A stretch of 64,000 nt of DNA. It comes from Phoronis australis (Eukaryota; Animalia; Phoronida). The stretch's first letter is position 1. The number at the start of each line of letters is the position of its first letter. The DNA lies in assembly GCA_002633005.1 (NCBI GenBank), contig NMRA01000022.1, positions 381,732 through 445,731 on the forward strand, read 5' to 3'. Made by a program: the position numbers and the translations under genes. Below, piece by piece: positions 35,159 through 48,031 of this stretch. A model generated the notes under the pieces. It did no database searches, was not told the origin of the DNA, and saw nothing but the letters and a program-made list of their open reading frames with translations.

Positions 35159-38100
35159 TTGGGTTGATCTTGACAAGGGCCAATTACCAAACGATGTTGG
35201 TTTTAAATATGTTTCATACTGTTTTCATCATTTTATCTTTAATATTCCAGTCTAATTTAATTGTTTTGCTTCCTGCTGGGTCGCTATCGTTTAATTTAAT
35301 GTTTAAACTTTAAGTGCCATAACAGCAGATTTTTCTGTCAGTGAAAATAAGAATTCAGCTCTCGCCCACAGACCCACCTTATCTATTGCTTGGAATTTCT
35401 CATCGACTTTGAACCGAGCCATAGTCTTTATGACACGTGTTTCATCACTAGCTGATTACTGAATATCAGTTTTCTGGTTAGGTGCTACTCCTCGAATAAA
35501 GAAGTTCGACACGACTTGGCGATTTTCTGTCGTAATGTTGGTTCATGCATTTTGAAAAGTTGCCACTTTGCACAGACAGAAATGTTTACTACAGTTCAGG
35601 ACCAGGTAATTACACTTAATTGGGTCTTGCTGGCACTGGACAATGTGGTCATCACCACTGCGTCCGACTCTGGAATTGCGCTCTCCTTCATTCAGGTGAA
35701 GGCCGCTCCAAAAAAGGTTGAACGAGCAGCAGCAAAAATTCCCACATATCTTTAGAAATGCGTGTTTTCCTTGAAAGCAAATTACTCATGGCATGTCAGC
35801 GCATACACAGAAGGAGCCAACACTAATGAATGCACTTTTAATTACGTGCTTACAAGTAGAAGTTTTCACTGACACTTTTTTGCATCTTCAACCTCAGTTT
35901 TTACTATGATTTTCTGATAATGTTGCCAATCTTGCGTTTAAGAGCCTCATATTATTACCCAGGCCTCTGTGTTACATTGCAACAGAGTGACTTCAGTCCT
36001 TCATATCACTTCTGCCCTAGTGTTGGATGCAGGTAGAATGAATGCTCAGGTTATCATTAGAAACTCTGTCCCTTCCATGGCACCAGTAGAGTTGTAGAAG
36101 AACCACTGTTGTCAAGAAGCCCACTTATGTTTATCTAAGGTCCTTATGTGAGCAGCAGTCCAAATACAGCATTAGACATGACTTCACAGAAACAAAACAC
36201 CAGCTAAAACAAAATTGATATGCCTCAAGTGACACTGGTGATTTTTCAAACTGTTAGGCTTCTGAAATTGGATTTCTCATGGGATCATTTTTACCAGAAT
36301 AAGTATGATAAAAAATTTCCAAACTTGATGAGTTTGGTTCTCTGTTACCTGTTGATGAAAGTTATAGTAACTCTTTGAACCTTGGTAGATTATTGGTCAA
36401 CGATTCATGATGTAACACAGAAGACCGTGGGAACACATAACAATGGACTAGACTTTTTTCCTGATTTGGAAACCACTATCACTTGGAGGTTTTGAGCTGG
36501 TAAGTGATAGCAAGTTGCTGAAGGGCATCGGGACACAACTTGTGATACAATACAAGCTGTGAAACCCACCCTATCTCATGGAAACAGTGGAGTGCATAAC
36601 AATTCCAAAAGCAACATTTAGCAAACTTTGGCAAGTGTAGACTAGACAGGTCCTGGGAACTGACAGTTCTCCACCAGACAGACTTGTGTTATAAGGTCAG
36701 ACAAACAAAATATGTCAAACTGTTTTCACACTTAAACAAGATTCCAGAACTTCAGACACATTGACCATGCAGGAGCTCTTAAGACAAGGGAGCACTGAAG
36801 CACAAAAATACAATACACTATCTCTTAAAAGTACCCTGCCTTTGTCAATTTCAAAAAGAAAGGAGAAAACCTGTTGTACCCTAAGGTTAATATGTCCTAA
36901 GGACTGACCAGGCAGCTCATTCAGAGGAGTTAAAATAGGACAATTGTTATGAAATGGTCGATCGTATTCATAAAAACCTTTCACATAACATGCTTTATGC
37001 ACAGTTTGCTAAAGCACTGTCAGGAATATTTTTTAAAATGTTTCATTTTTGTATGACAGGCTATCAAAAATAGAACTCTTGTGGTTTATACGAAAAAAAT
37101 AAAAAGTTGCATTTATTCAATCGAGAACACTTGGTTAAATGTTGATAAGGTCCTACAAAACCTTACTGAACTAATGCAAGCATTAGTTCATTCAACTGTT
37201 ATCACCTTGGCAACAGGCCTTCATCTAGAATGTGTCAAGAGGTCCAAATGGATACCCCAATTCAAATATATTTAGGGACCCTAGTTAGGATGACCTGTTC
37301 AGCATTTGTACATCGAAGTAAAGTAAGCATTCTTGTCTCTTTTAACTTGTTGGCAGCAGATTTGACTAAAAAATCCGGAATAAAAAATTGGTTGGAAATG
37401 ATGTAAAATACAAAAAGCTTTATTGCAGATTCATGTCTCCATAGTAACGTACAATATTATAACAGCAATTTGACTTGGGGTCACGGAAAACGTAGTCACA
37501 TGCTATTTGTCATGGACGCCCTATTTCTGAAATTCTGGATGAACCCTTGCTTGGCGTGACTCATTGAGACAAGCTCAACTCGTAGAGCTCTACCGGTCTC
37601 TACTGACCCTAAATAATCAATGCGCTACCTTTCTGAAACGTATTTTGATGCCCATGCAAGTCCTGCATGTACGGTAATTTATCACAGAATCAATCCTTAT
37701 AGGTATTACATCATGTCCAGGCTTGGAACTAGGATAAATGAATTTCAGTATTCTCAAATGTTAGATATGTGGTACAAATTAAAACAATCCCTTCAAGTAA
37801 AGACTTTAAAATGGAACAAATTATAAAGTTTTGCTATGAGAGCAGTAGTATAGAACGACCTCAAAATTACTCATGTATTCATTTATGAGATGAAAACGAG
37901 GTTAAGTAGCAGACAAATCTGATCACTACGACTTGGTTCTCAACATTAAACTTGACGAATATTGTTGTGTTCTGCTCGACAACAGCAACACCAACCTGAT
38001 CTTCACCAAAAACAGAAAAAATTGATCATACGACACAAAGGAGGACTCTGGCCTAGGGAGGCCTACTCTAGCTCACTCAACCACTGAGTCACAGACGATG

Positions 38101-41100
38101 AATTACTGAAGTCATGATGACTCCTTTATCAGCTTTAGCTTATTGCATTTAATCTTGCCCTTCTTGAACATTTTCATTCTTTAAAAAGATTTTGTAGTAC
38201 GGTATGTAATGCAACTAGCAGTTTCTCATAAAAGCCGGAAGTTTACTAATTTCACTTATGTTCCACAGACCTGGCTTCAATTTTAGACCACCCTTATCTA
38301 GACCTAATGTTTATTACAGAGCTCAAATGCGATGACACAGTACACCGTGTTTGTTAATTTCAGCGAACTTTCAATATCGTCCGGCTTCTATAGGAAAAAT
38401 GGCTTATACTAGCAGTTTTACGTTTCCTCAAGTATCCCACTTTTCAATTTCACCTGGGTAAAATTGCTTTAAACAACACCAAAAGACCAGATATGACACC
38501 TATAGTTTTAATGCCTATTTCGGTGGGCCACAGGAACAGGAACCCGCAACAATGCGACGGAGTGCGTCACCACCTGAGCTCTATGAAATTTAATCTGAAA
38601 ACTACTCAACGCGTCTTGCACAAATCACTGATACAAGCAGAATGAGTTGCAACCAAGTTAAACACCCAACTGAATAGCCATGACTTACAAATCTATTAAT
38701 AACTGATTGGTCGAATCATCAAAAAGACAGCAACTGTCATATGCACAAGAAAAGAACAAAATCATTACAAAACGAAACACAAATCTGAATCACTACCAGC
38801 CCTCATGGTACAGTAGGAAGATCTCTAATCAGTCACACCATGCCTAAAAAAGATCGAATCCTGCAAAGTATAAGAACACTTTTAAGACTTTTCTGCAAAT
38901 ATATTAACTTTTGTTGCCAACTCTTCAACTCCTGACATTGTCGCAAATTAAAGGACCAGTTTTCATTACTTTGGAATGCTATATCAATTGGACAGCAAAA
39001 TTGACTGGTGCCAACAAATATGTAGGATAAAGGGCATGTCCCTGAAAGATGTCACTCAGTACACAGCAAATTTATCAGAACACCACCAACACTTAGTGTC
39101 CAATAGCCAATCCAGAAACACCATTATCTATTTTCAGCGCACACAATCCTCTGCCATCAGCACAGTCAATAGATAGTTTCCAATTTCATGAAGTGAAGAT
39201 CTTTCAATTCCGTGTTGTTAGAAAGAGAAGAGACCAGAAAGACTGAGGTGATGGCAAAAGTTAGAGAAATTACATTTTTCTTTAAAATCCACAATGCAGT
39301 ATTTTAACACATTAATCACAGATTTGCAGAAGTGACAGCGTGAACCCCAAAAAATCCAGTTGAAATCTATTCCTCAAGATTGATAACAACCTGGTGTATC
39401 ATTCAGCTTAACAACCATAGGATGAATGTAAAGTACTCATTTGTAGGGCTGGCATTCTGATCCGTCTCCGTAATGCTACAACCGTAGAAACTCCATTTCT
39501 GACAAATGGACAATAGGCAAAGGCATTAAAAATTGCGTGATTGGACATCACAAAAGTACAAAAACGCGTCTTTTTGATAAAACTAGTAAATACCCAGCGT
39601 ATTTGAGAAACATATTGGTACGATCATTTATTTACCATTTTAAAACCTATAAAAGGGGCAGTGAAAACCAACACCTGTTGAATAAAAAACAAACTTGATT
39701 TCCAAAATAACATAAAACTGGTGCCCAATGTATTTTACAAGGCAACAACATCGTTTTTGGCTATCCGGGCCATATTTCACAAATGTTTTGAAGATTATTG
39801 CCACACCAAAAGAAACTCACAAGATAAAGATTTAAAGACAACCAAGTTTTCCTTCCTTTCTCCAACATCCTCGTCAATCAAAAGATGTTGTTAGAACTAG
39901 AATATTTGTAAATAGTCCTGCTAGCAAATATTTGGATTATAATTTACTATTAATGGTTCAAAAATGTGGTGAAGTTCAACGTTACTCAACTTTGGCAACC
40001 ATTTTATTGGTACAGCAATGTTATTTAAAAAAATGGCATAACATTAGAAGAGCATTAATTAATTGTGAACACTTTAATGCGTTACATTTGGTACATGAAA
40101 TTTTAAACCAAAAACAAGAGCAAGTGGTATAATCTTCAAGTGTATTTGTGAACTTTGGGATAATATGTCTGAGTGACAACAGTTTCCAGTCACAGGGTGG
40201 CACACGGTTAAAGTTTCAGCCCCTGGGTCATAGGTTGCAACATTCATGTACTCTGAAGTTACTGAACATGTGTTTCACAGGTTTCATGACTGTTTTCGCA
40301 TTACAGCCACATGCATACAAACACAAGCTGGGGTGGAATTGGTGGTAGGGCGGGGGTATTTGCCCTTCCGTAGAAAAATTACCCGTCAGAAGGCACAGGC
40401 ACCTCACCCCAAAGCCGAGCAAGGGCCTGTAAGCAGAGTGTACACACAATAGTCATTTTCCTCTATATAGCAGCAACATACTGAAACAGGGCTAGATACG
40501 GCAAACCTGCAGGTCACTAATGCGACTTCGGATTTTATTTGCCAACCTGGTAAGAATCCCAGGTTACCATGGAGCTCTCAAGCCATTCACGAACACACTC
40601 AAAAAGTCCTAACAGCAAGTAAATTGGAATTTTTTAGTAAAAATCAAAAGGCCCAGATCGTGCTCACGTGCCTCGGTAGGTTAGTCCATGCGCAGAATGT
40701 CAATGGACTCAAGATTCACCCAGCATGCGGGACACCACTCCTAATTTTTCACTGGAACTCTAAAGGCCTTCTGTCGAGGAATTTCTTAAGTTCGCTGGTT
40801 TTTCATTTCAGGTATCTCGTTTTACAGCTATAGCCAACAAGGTTTGGCGACTTCAGTTCTCGTTCGGCGACCTGGGAATTTTGCCAACTCGCATTTGGTG
40901 AGCTGACATGTAAAGCATCGAGCCTCAGGAAATATGCTTTGTCACTAGATGGCAGTAAAGTGCTTGGTGGAGAAAGTTCAGTCCTACCAACAGTTCATTC
41001 CCATGATCTGAATGGATAGGCACAGACAAAATTTTTTCCATGCTTTATATAATAAGGACATAAAACTATACTGCGATAACAACTCGCTTTTATTGTATCC

Positions 41101-42013
41101 TCAGTACACTCATATCAGACAAGTTGCTGACCTCACAACAGACTAATCTGAAGACAATGCCTGGTTGTAGCGACTGTTGCTTTATCCACTTGTTTATGAT
41201 GTCATGAGGTCCAAATTTATTAATTTGTCTAGCTATAGAATGAATTTCTGGTGAGCTATAGCGTTGGTCTGAGGAGGTTTATTCTATCACATTTGCGACT
41301 TCTCAAATCGTAATTTAACAATGTTTAACCTTGCTCCTCGTCCTTTAAGGCAGTGGGATTTCATAGCTTTTTTTCATAAGTTCATTGTGGTCATCACGCC
41401 TTCAAATTATCACCTGATGTGTTACGGGGATATTGAAATTATTCACATAAAAAGTCCAATGTAGCAAATAGCATGTGACTTTGTGCTAAATTTTGTCTTT
41501 GTCAACTCTTCCAAACAAGCTCACCAGAATTAGGAATTGTGTTAAGAGTATATCACATTAATGCTCTCACATTCAAAATGTTATAAGTTGAATGCTTCCT
41601 AAATTCTGAAGTGAGAATGTTCATTTCTGGGTCACATTGCCTTCAATCACTGAAATGTCATACCACTGTAAAGCATAAAAAATAAAAAAGAAAAGTGTAA
41701 AATCACAAGTACTATAAAATCACACAATTTTCGGACAAAAATAATTGCCAAAAGTGATCTCTTAATCATTTTCAAAGGCTTAAACATTATTGTGCATTCC
41801 CACAATTTCCCAACACGTTGTCTGGTTGCACCTACCATAAAGAACTTAAGTATGGTAAACATTTACTTTGTCTCAATTTTTCGTTTCAAAAATGAAGATG
41901 AAAAATTATTTATCACTAGTCATATAGAGTCCTAAATGGTGCGACTTTACCATACACACAAAACACAACACAAAGATCTCATTGTTTAGTCACTGACAAG
42001 AGGGTATGATTAC

Positions 42014-42281
42014 CTGCCATGCTCCTACGACGGGTCGATTCTCGCAGATCGTATGTGGGTGAATTCCTTGGTGGCTCAGCAGGACTAAGATTTGGGCTAA
42101 GATTTAATAACGGAGGGCTGTGCGTGCTGAAGAAGTGTCCATGGTGTTCAGGACTGCCAGTAGGCGGTAATTGAACTGCCACTGTCTCGTGGCAGTTGGG
42201 AGATATCCTGTTTCCATGGTAACTTGACTGTGGCTTTGGAAGGATGTGTATATGCGCTTCGTGAGAAGCAACAGGCATCAT
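42014..42281 (-). CDS. Probable first coding exon of an unidentified minus-strand gene (Pro/Ser/His-rich; MMPVASHEAH...STRRRSMA)
   Basis: tttgcag acceptor (exon starts 42291), ATG ATG at 42281, 89 open codons, CAG|gtaatc donor; upstream non-coding exon ends at a CG|gtaaga donor (43445). GC-richer than its flanks. Confidence 0.6.
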
Positions 42282-43559
42282 GAACAATTCACTGCAAAGT
42301 AATTTAGAAATACATTTATGTTCATAAACTACTTTGAATAAAAACAAAAATAAAAACTGAACTCTAGTCTTGATAATAAGAGACTTTTCAATGACACGGT
42401 GCTTTCGCATTGCAAACAGCAACTTGGAATCTGGTAGTATTCCTACATCTCAGCTATCAAAATTATCTACATGTACATATACGTTCAAAAATTTAGCATT
42501 ATGACCTAGTAAATGGTGTGTGCATCACCGCAGTTTAAGGTGTGTCTATTCGATGAAGGTATACACTAAGCACTAGTACTGTACATTGACTACCAATTCT
42601 GTATATTTTCAAAGCAGCCTTAATTAGGAATTTCTATGAAAACATCTGAGTTGCAAATCAGTCGTTCACTATAGTATGACCCATTCTGAAGCCTACACAG
42701 GTGCCCCCTATGTGCTGCTGCATCTCGGTAGGATAGGAAGACCATTGACCTCCCCATAACCTTCTGTATGTTTCCATTTGACCTCGAACACATTAGCTGC
42801 AATGATGTTCAGTTTTCAATTTTATTGACCGAAAGAAAGCCTATTTGAAAAAAGTTTGATAGCGGGAGTTTGAGCTGGAAAGATTTAAAAAATAAACTAC
42901 ATCCAATTGTGTCCACCTACACTCGAAAAGAACTAAAGTATGTGACATATAGTAACGTATCTTTGTTTTTGATAGTAGCCAGAGTTAAGCGTAATTTGCA
43001 GAATACTTTCCAGCATACAGGCTTGACTAGGACAGATCTACCACGTTTTGGTGGTCCATTATTTTGACAACTAATTTCATCCACTGGACAACAGGCATTA
43101 CTCAGTGTTACCAACACAAATATGTTGGCTGTGCTCCACACCCAGAGAAATTCTGAATCAAAAGCTGTCGTACCAACAGCAAACGAAGGCTACATAAAAT
43201 GTCACACAAAAGAACAACACAGGTCCAAGGCACAGGACTATAACATGGACGTAGCACATAGGAAAACGACTTAAAATAATCTGCTTCTCGGCATCAATGT
43301 AAACCATAATCCACCATTCACTGGAAGTCTTCCCCCGCCTGGTGGTGGTGATGGTAGGCCTATTCCGTTCATCGTCGACACACGGCAAGGGGTAAATTCT
43401 CTTCAAACCAGTAAATCATTTCAAAGTAACATTCGTTTTCTTACCGAAATCAAATACAGCCAGTCAAACTTTTGAAGTAAAGGGACTACGAATACCAAGA
43501 AATATCCAACAAAAGTCTAAAAATCGTCGGTAAAGATCATCCGTCGTTAACCCGCAGAC

Positions 43560-44230
43560 GACTTATTTTCATGTGTTCTGAACGAAGCCCCGCCTACAGA
43601 TAATACGTCACTTCCTATGATCAGATTGTTTTCCGTAAACAACCGAACCTTTACGAACCATTACGATGAAATCACCTGCCAAAAATAAATGACGATGTAG
43701 CGCGTGATTCATTCTATATATAGAATGAAGTCGATTGGTTGTTACGCCCATGTGACTAAACTTAGGGATGCTATTGGATGCGGCATTGCTGTTGTTAATT
43801 TCGATGAAGAAGGAGAGGCGGAAAAGACGTAAATTCAGGAGGAGAGGCTTTTACGCCGAAATCGGCCACAGCTGAGAAAGATCAGAAAGCTGGTTCAGGC
43901 AAAAGTCATCTAAAAGATCGGAGGCTTAGCGTTTCGTAGATTTAAGAGTATTGTTGTGTTATTTTAGAGATATCTTTGTATGTAAAGTTCTTTGTGCCAA
44001 AGTTGGCTTCAAAATTTTTAGTCGCCATCTTGAGATTGTTTGTTTTGAAAATCGCACTTGTTCTAAAATTTTTTGTTAAGGTCATCACCGGCGCAGGTGT
44101 GATCATTACTTAAGATTTTAGGGTGTTGAAATAGATTGAAAGGTGCTAGAGTTCGAAGGGTCTTGATCCCTTATTTCGTTGGATATTTGATAACAAAGCG
44201 AAAGCTTTCCTGACGTCACCAAGTGACGTA
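43560..44230. promoter_or_regulatory. Bidirectional promoter region between the unknown gene (-) and PNRC (+)
   Basis: GC box 43588-94, overlapping ETS/CRE ACGTCACTTCC 43605-15, CTATATATAG 43714-23, two ATTGG (CCAAT) boxes at about 43734 and 43773, YY1-type CGCCATCTTG 44023-32, perfect CRE 44211-18; CpG-enriched. Confidence 0.6.
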
Positions 44231-44261
44231 TCAGTTAGTGAAGTGTCACGAAATTTCTGTG

Positions 44262-44612
44262 ATGTGTAAACCGTGCAATTCACCGACTATGTATTCAGCA
44301 ACCGAGAACACAAAGTTCCGACGTGGTAGTGCCCACGATACAACCAAGAAGGCCAAACATAACAATGGTTTGCCAAAGAAGGATGTGAGAAGATCCAAAT
44401 CTTCAAGTCCGAAGTCCATGGTTCAAGGTCCAAGTCCTGCCAAAACACCGTCGCCGACGAACATAGCCTATGCTGGTGCAAAGTTTCACGACCCCCCTGC
44501 ACCCCAAGTACTTCCAAGACCACCGGTGCACTGGGTCATATGCAGTGAAGCATTTCTTAAGCACTCCGACATGACGTCGCAATTAAAACAGTTGCTTAAA
44601 GTTGAGGCATAG
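44262..44612 (+). CDS. PNRC: Proline-rich nuclear receptor coactivator (PNRC1/2-like) mRNA decapping co-activator
   Basis: 116-aa basic, Pro-rich ORF with the family signature YAGAKFHDPPAPQVLPRPPVHW and C-terminal LKQLLKV (LxxLL), followed by long U-rich 3'UTR-like sequence. Alternative start at 44289. Confidence 0.93.
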   Translation: MCKPCNSPTMYSATENTKFRRGSAHDTTKKAKHNNGLPKKDVRRSKSSSPKSMVQGPSPAKTPSPTNIAYAGAKFHDPPAPQVLPRPPVHWVICSEAFLKHSDMTSQLKQLLKVEA

Positions 44613-46755
44613 AGACTATATGGAGTTAGTTATTGTTTTTTAAAACAGTATTATGTGCATTCCATGTCAGATTCTGACAAGCAAGGCATTTTTACAGTGT
44701 TATTGTTGATTGTGCAAAGTTTAAAGCTTTTATTTACCTGTAAAGATGCCTTGTGAAGGAACCACTGATTTTTTTCTGTATTATAAGCAATTCAATGTAC
44801 ATCTTGTAAATTTGTTAAAATGTACAGTTTGTACAAGATCTGCAATAATGCTTGTAAATTTGCTTTTGTTTTCTCTTTTTTGATTCCTCTTCAATTCTTG
44901 CAGATTTTAGCTTGCTGAATGTTACATGCTTCTCTCTTTACAATTTGTTTGGTACACTCTTTTCTTGTATGAGTTAGGCATCGATACTTTTCATATTTTT
45001 TGAGACTGTTCAATTTTTGCATAGACTCGTTTATCAGGAAATCTGGGTTTTAAAATTGGTTGATTATGAATTACAAATTTCAGTATTGCATGCTGCTATT
45101 TTCTTTCCAAAGTGTTGTTTGGGACTCAATAGAATTTTTGATTCACAAATGTCATCTCCAATCTCATAGTGAACTAGTGGTCTTTACCATCTTCCATATC
45201 TTTGGTTAACGATGATGACATGAGGAACAGCTTTATCTTCTACTGAAGCCCTGTTCACAAAATTGACCACAAATTGAAAGCTGTTTCGGTTTTGTATTGC
45301 CATTTTTGAGGTATGCTAATGGTTTGATTTTGATGTTCGCAACCTTGAAGGTCAGCAGATATGATTCGGAAATTTTCTAGGAAACTTCTACTCAAATTAT
45401 AGTTCAGGAACACCTCTTCAGATTCTCAAGTTATCAACAGTGGCTGGGTAAATTGATGTGATAAAATGTACTTTGATTATGGTTTAGTGTTCTCTGTGTA
45501 TTCCAGCAACATGCAATAGTCCGTTTTTCTTTCCTGCACTTAGCTTTTTTTGTTCTAGTGTGCTGAGATTGGCATTCCATGCAGTTAAACTGCACATTTG
45601 TAAATACTAATTGTTGTTGAGTTCTTCAGGATCGTTTTATATTCTATAGAATATATTTTTGTATGTTTTCTCTGGAGTCAATCGTGGAGCAAGGAGAAAA
45701 ACTTTTACAGGAAAGTTCACACTATGTACTTTTATTTCCAGAGGTTTTATGACGCTACAGTATTTTATGCACACGTTTGATTTTTGTTTGAGATTGAGAA
45801 TTGCTTGTGTTAGCAAAGAGAGAACAAGTGCCATTTGTATTGTAAAAATGTCTGATGAGAAACGCTGGATTTTGTGCATTAGGTATATAATGTTAATTTT
45901 CTTGTTCAAGTTACTAGTATTTTTTTGAAGAAAATGTAACTCAAGATGGCTGAAGGATGTAATATTACTGTCAATATTGTAAGTGGGGAAAAAGGCATTT
46001 ACCTAGACAAGAAGTAATGCTAAGTGAAATGACCAGTTGGAACGACGCACAATTTGGAAGAATCTGAAGTCATCAACAGTCGGAAGAAAGTTTGCCCCAC
46101 CATTACGAAGGAACTCAACTGCAGAACTTGACAACCGAATGCCAATTGGCACCATACTAGACGTATTATGTTGCACTGCTGCTTTTTTCTTTTTTTCTGG
46201 GTCCTTTTTAGGACCCTCCACAACATCCCAAAAGGGCTGTTTCACTTACTGTGTTTTGAACGAGAGTGTGTTTGTGTGTATGATTTATAATTTTGGAGAG
46301 TTTTAGTCTTCATTCAGGATGTGACTTGGGCTTTTGAAAAAAGGAGAGATGACTGCCACTTTGCTAAAAAAAAACTGGCGACCAGGAGAGGGTGGAAAAT
46401 AATGAGCACTATAACTATGGTATCGAGGAACCTTAATCCTGCACCGCTTATCTTCAGCAATGACAGACTTTCAGTTTTTTCCAAGCTTAGAAGTCACGTC
46501 TAAGCAGTGAAAACTAATTTAAGCCCAGCTCTTAGAATCAATCGTATATTTACGCAGGCAAAGTGTCCAGGGGCTTGGGTCTAATCTTTAGGTGAGATCA
46601 TTTTAATTGACATTTTCTATTCTACTCAAACTCAAAATAAGTGTGTTTGTCTAACTATTACCTTGTTTATGAGTGAGTTTCTTGTCCAAGTTTGCACTTG
46701 GTGATCTTTAACAAGCTAGTAAAAGTTTTTGTGAAGTTCAGAGTTGCACTTTTAC

Positions 46756-48031
46756 AGCCGATTTAGCAAAACCAGGTTTAAGGTTAAACCTGGTCCTCCT
46801 AAACATGGTCTAATTTTAGACGTAACTTGGCATTTCACCAACGTGCTTTAAAACTCAGAAAGCCTGGTTTTGTTGGACCAGGGACCGGGCTTAGTATAAC
46901 CAGCCTCCCGTTCAGTAACACTAGGACCTCGCTAAAAAGCAAGACTTCGCGAGATTACGTGATAAATTGCCGTGTATTTTAAATGAGAACATGTGACTTT
47001 GACAAGGTCCTAGCGTCTACTGTTGAAGTGCGTCTATGGAACCTTGATCGGGTGACTATAAATGGCACACAATAGTAGAAGCCCAGCATACATTTGCCGA
47101 AAAGGTTTAAATGCTTTTCTCATGAGGAAAAATGTTCCCTCTTGGAAATGATCAAAGAAAAAGCCAATATGATACAGAACAAGAAAACTGGTATTGGTCC
47201 AGACCTAGGACTATCATATTCCTCCCAGGTCCAGACTGACTACACAAGATTCCGCAATCTGAGAAATGTAGCAACAAACATTTGGAAACGCTCAAAAAAT
47301 GAAGGTAAGAAAGAAAATCTCATTTGAAAAAGAGGGACCCTCTGGTGGATCTAGGGTATAAAGGGGGTCCAGCATTTTGTGATATCTGTGTCAAACGCGT
47401 ACACACATTAAAGTACATCCCCACGTTCAGCCGCAACATGATAAATGCCCAAATTTATATCCGTGTCATTTTACCGTTATTATTTTGCCAAGGGCCGGTT
47501 GCAGGACACCTGCCAGACNCCCTCTTTAAATGCGCTACAGGGACCAAAGGTGGTGGAACTAAAAAGAACCACAAACTGATACCGTATTCAGCCCCACCCG
47601 TACCGCTTACGACGACGACGATGGCCCGCTCGATCACCATTAGTAAGGAGTGTAGTACATACACTCCTTGCTAGTAGTCTGTGTAGTCCGAAGGTCACCC
47701 TGCAACACGTAGGCCCTTCTGTGAAAATATTTCATTCTCGCTGTAAAATTCGCCAGTGATGCACATCGCGACGTCATTCTGCCTTGCTTGACAGTGTTGA
47801 AACCTGTCTGACCTCTGCCAGGTCTAAGGAACATGGACCTCGGTGGTGAAATGGAAACTGACTTAGACCAGGCCTAACCTGGAGTTAAACTAGGTTTTAC
47901 TCTGACAGTAGATTGCTGGTAAAAAAAGTTAACCACGTACTGACCTTTATGAAATGCGGATTATCGTTGAACCTGGTCCGAGAGCAATTTAAACCAGGTT
48001 TGACTTAAAACCACCTTAATTTATGAAATCG
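46756..48031 (+). mobile_element. Decayed PIF/Harbinger-like element with a Myb/SANT-like ORF remnant
   Basis: Imperfect terminal inverted repeats rich in AAACCTGGT/ACCAGGTTT. The ORF at 47094 reads KRFKCFSHEEKCSLLEMIKEKANMIQNKKTG, the pattern of Myb_DNA-bind_5/MSANTD N-termini. Boundaries approximate. Confidence 0.7.

Noticed and set aside
34486-35190. Long ORFs in the track spanning 34486-35190
   Set aside because: Artefacts of translating the N gap.
42620-42802. Extra upstream coding exon for the unknown minus-strand gene
   Set aside because: Only a poor donor (gtcata) gives the right phase, and the peptide is unrecognisable.
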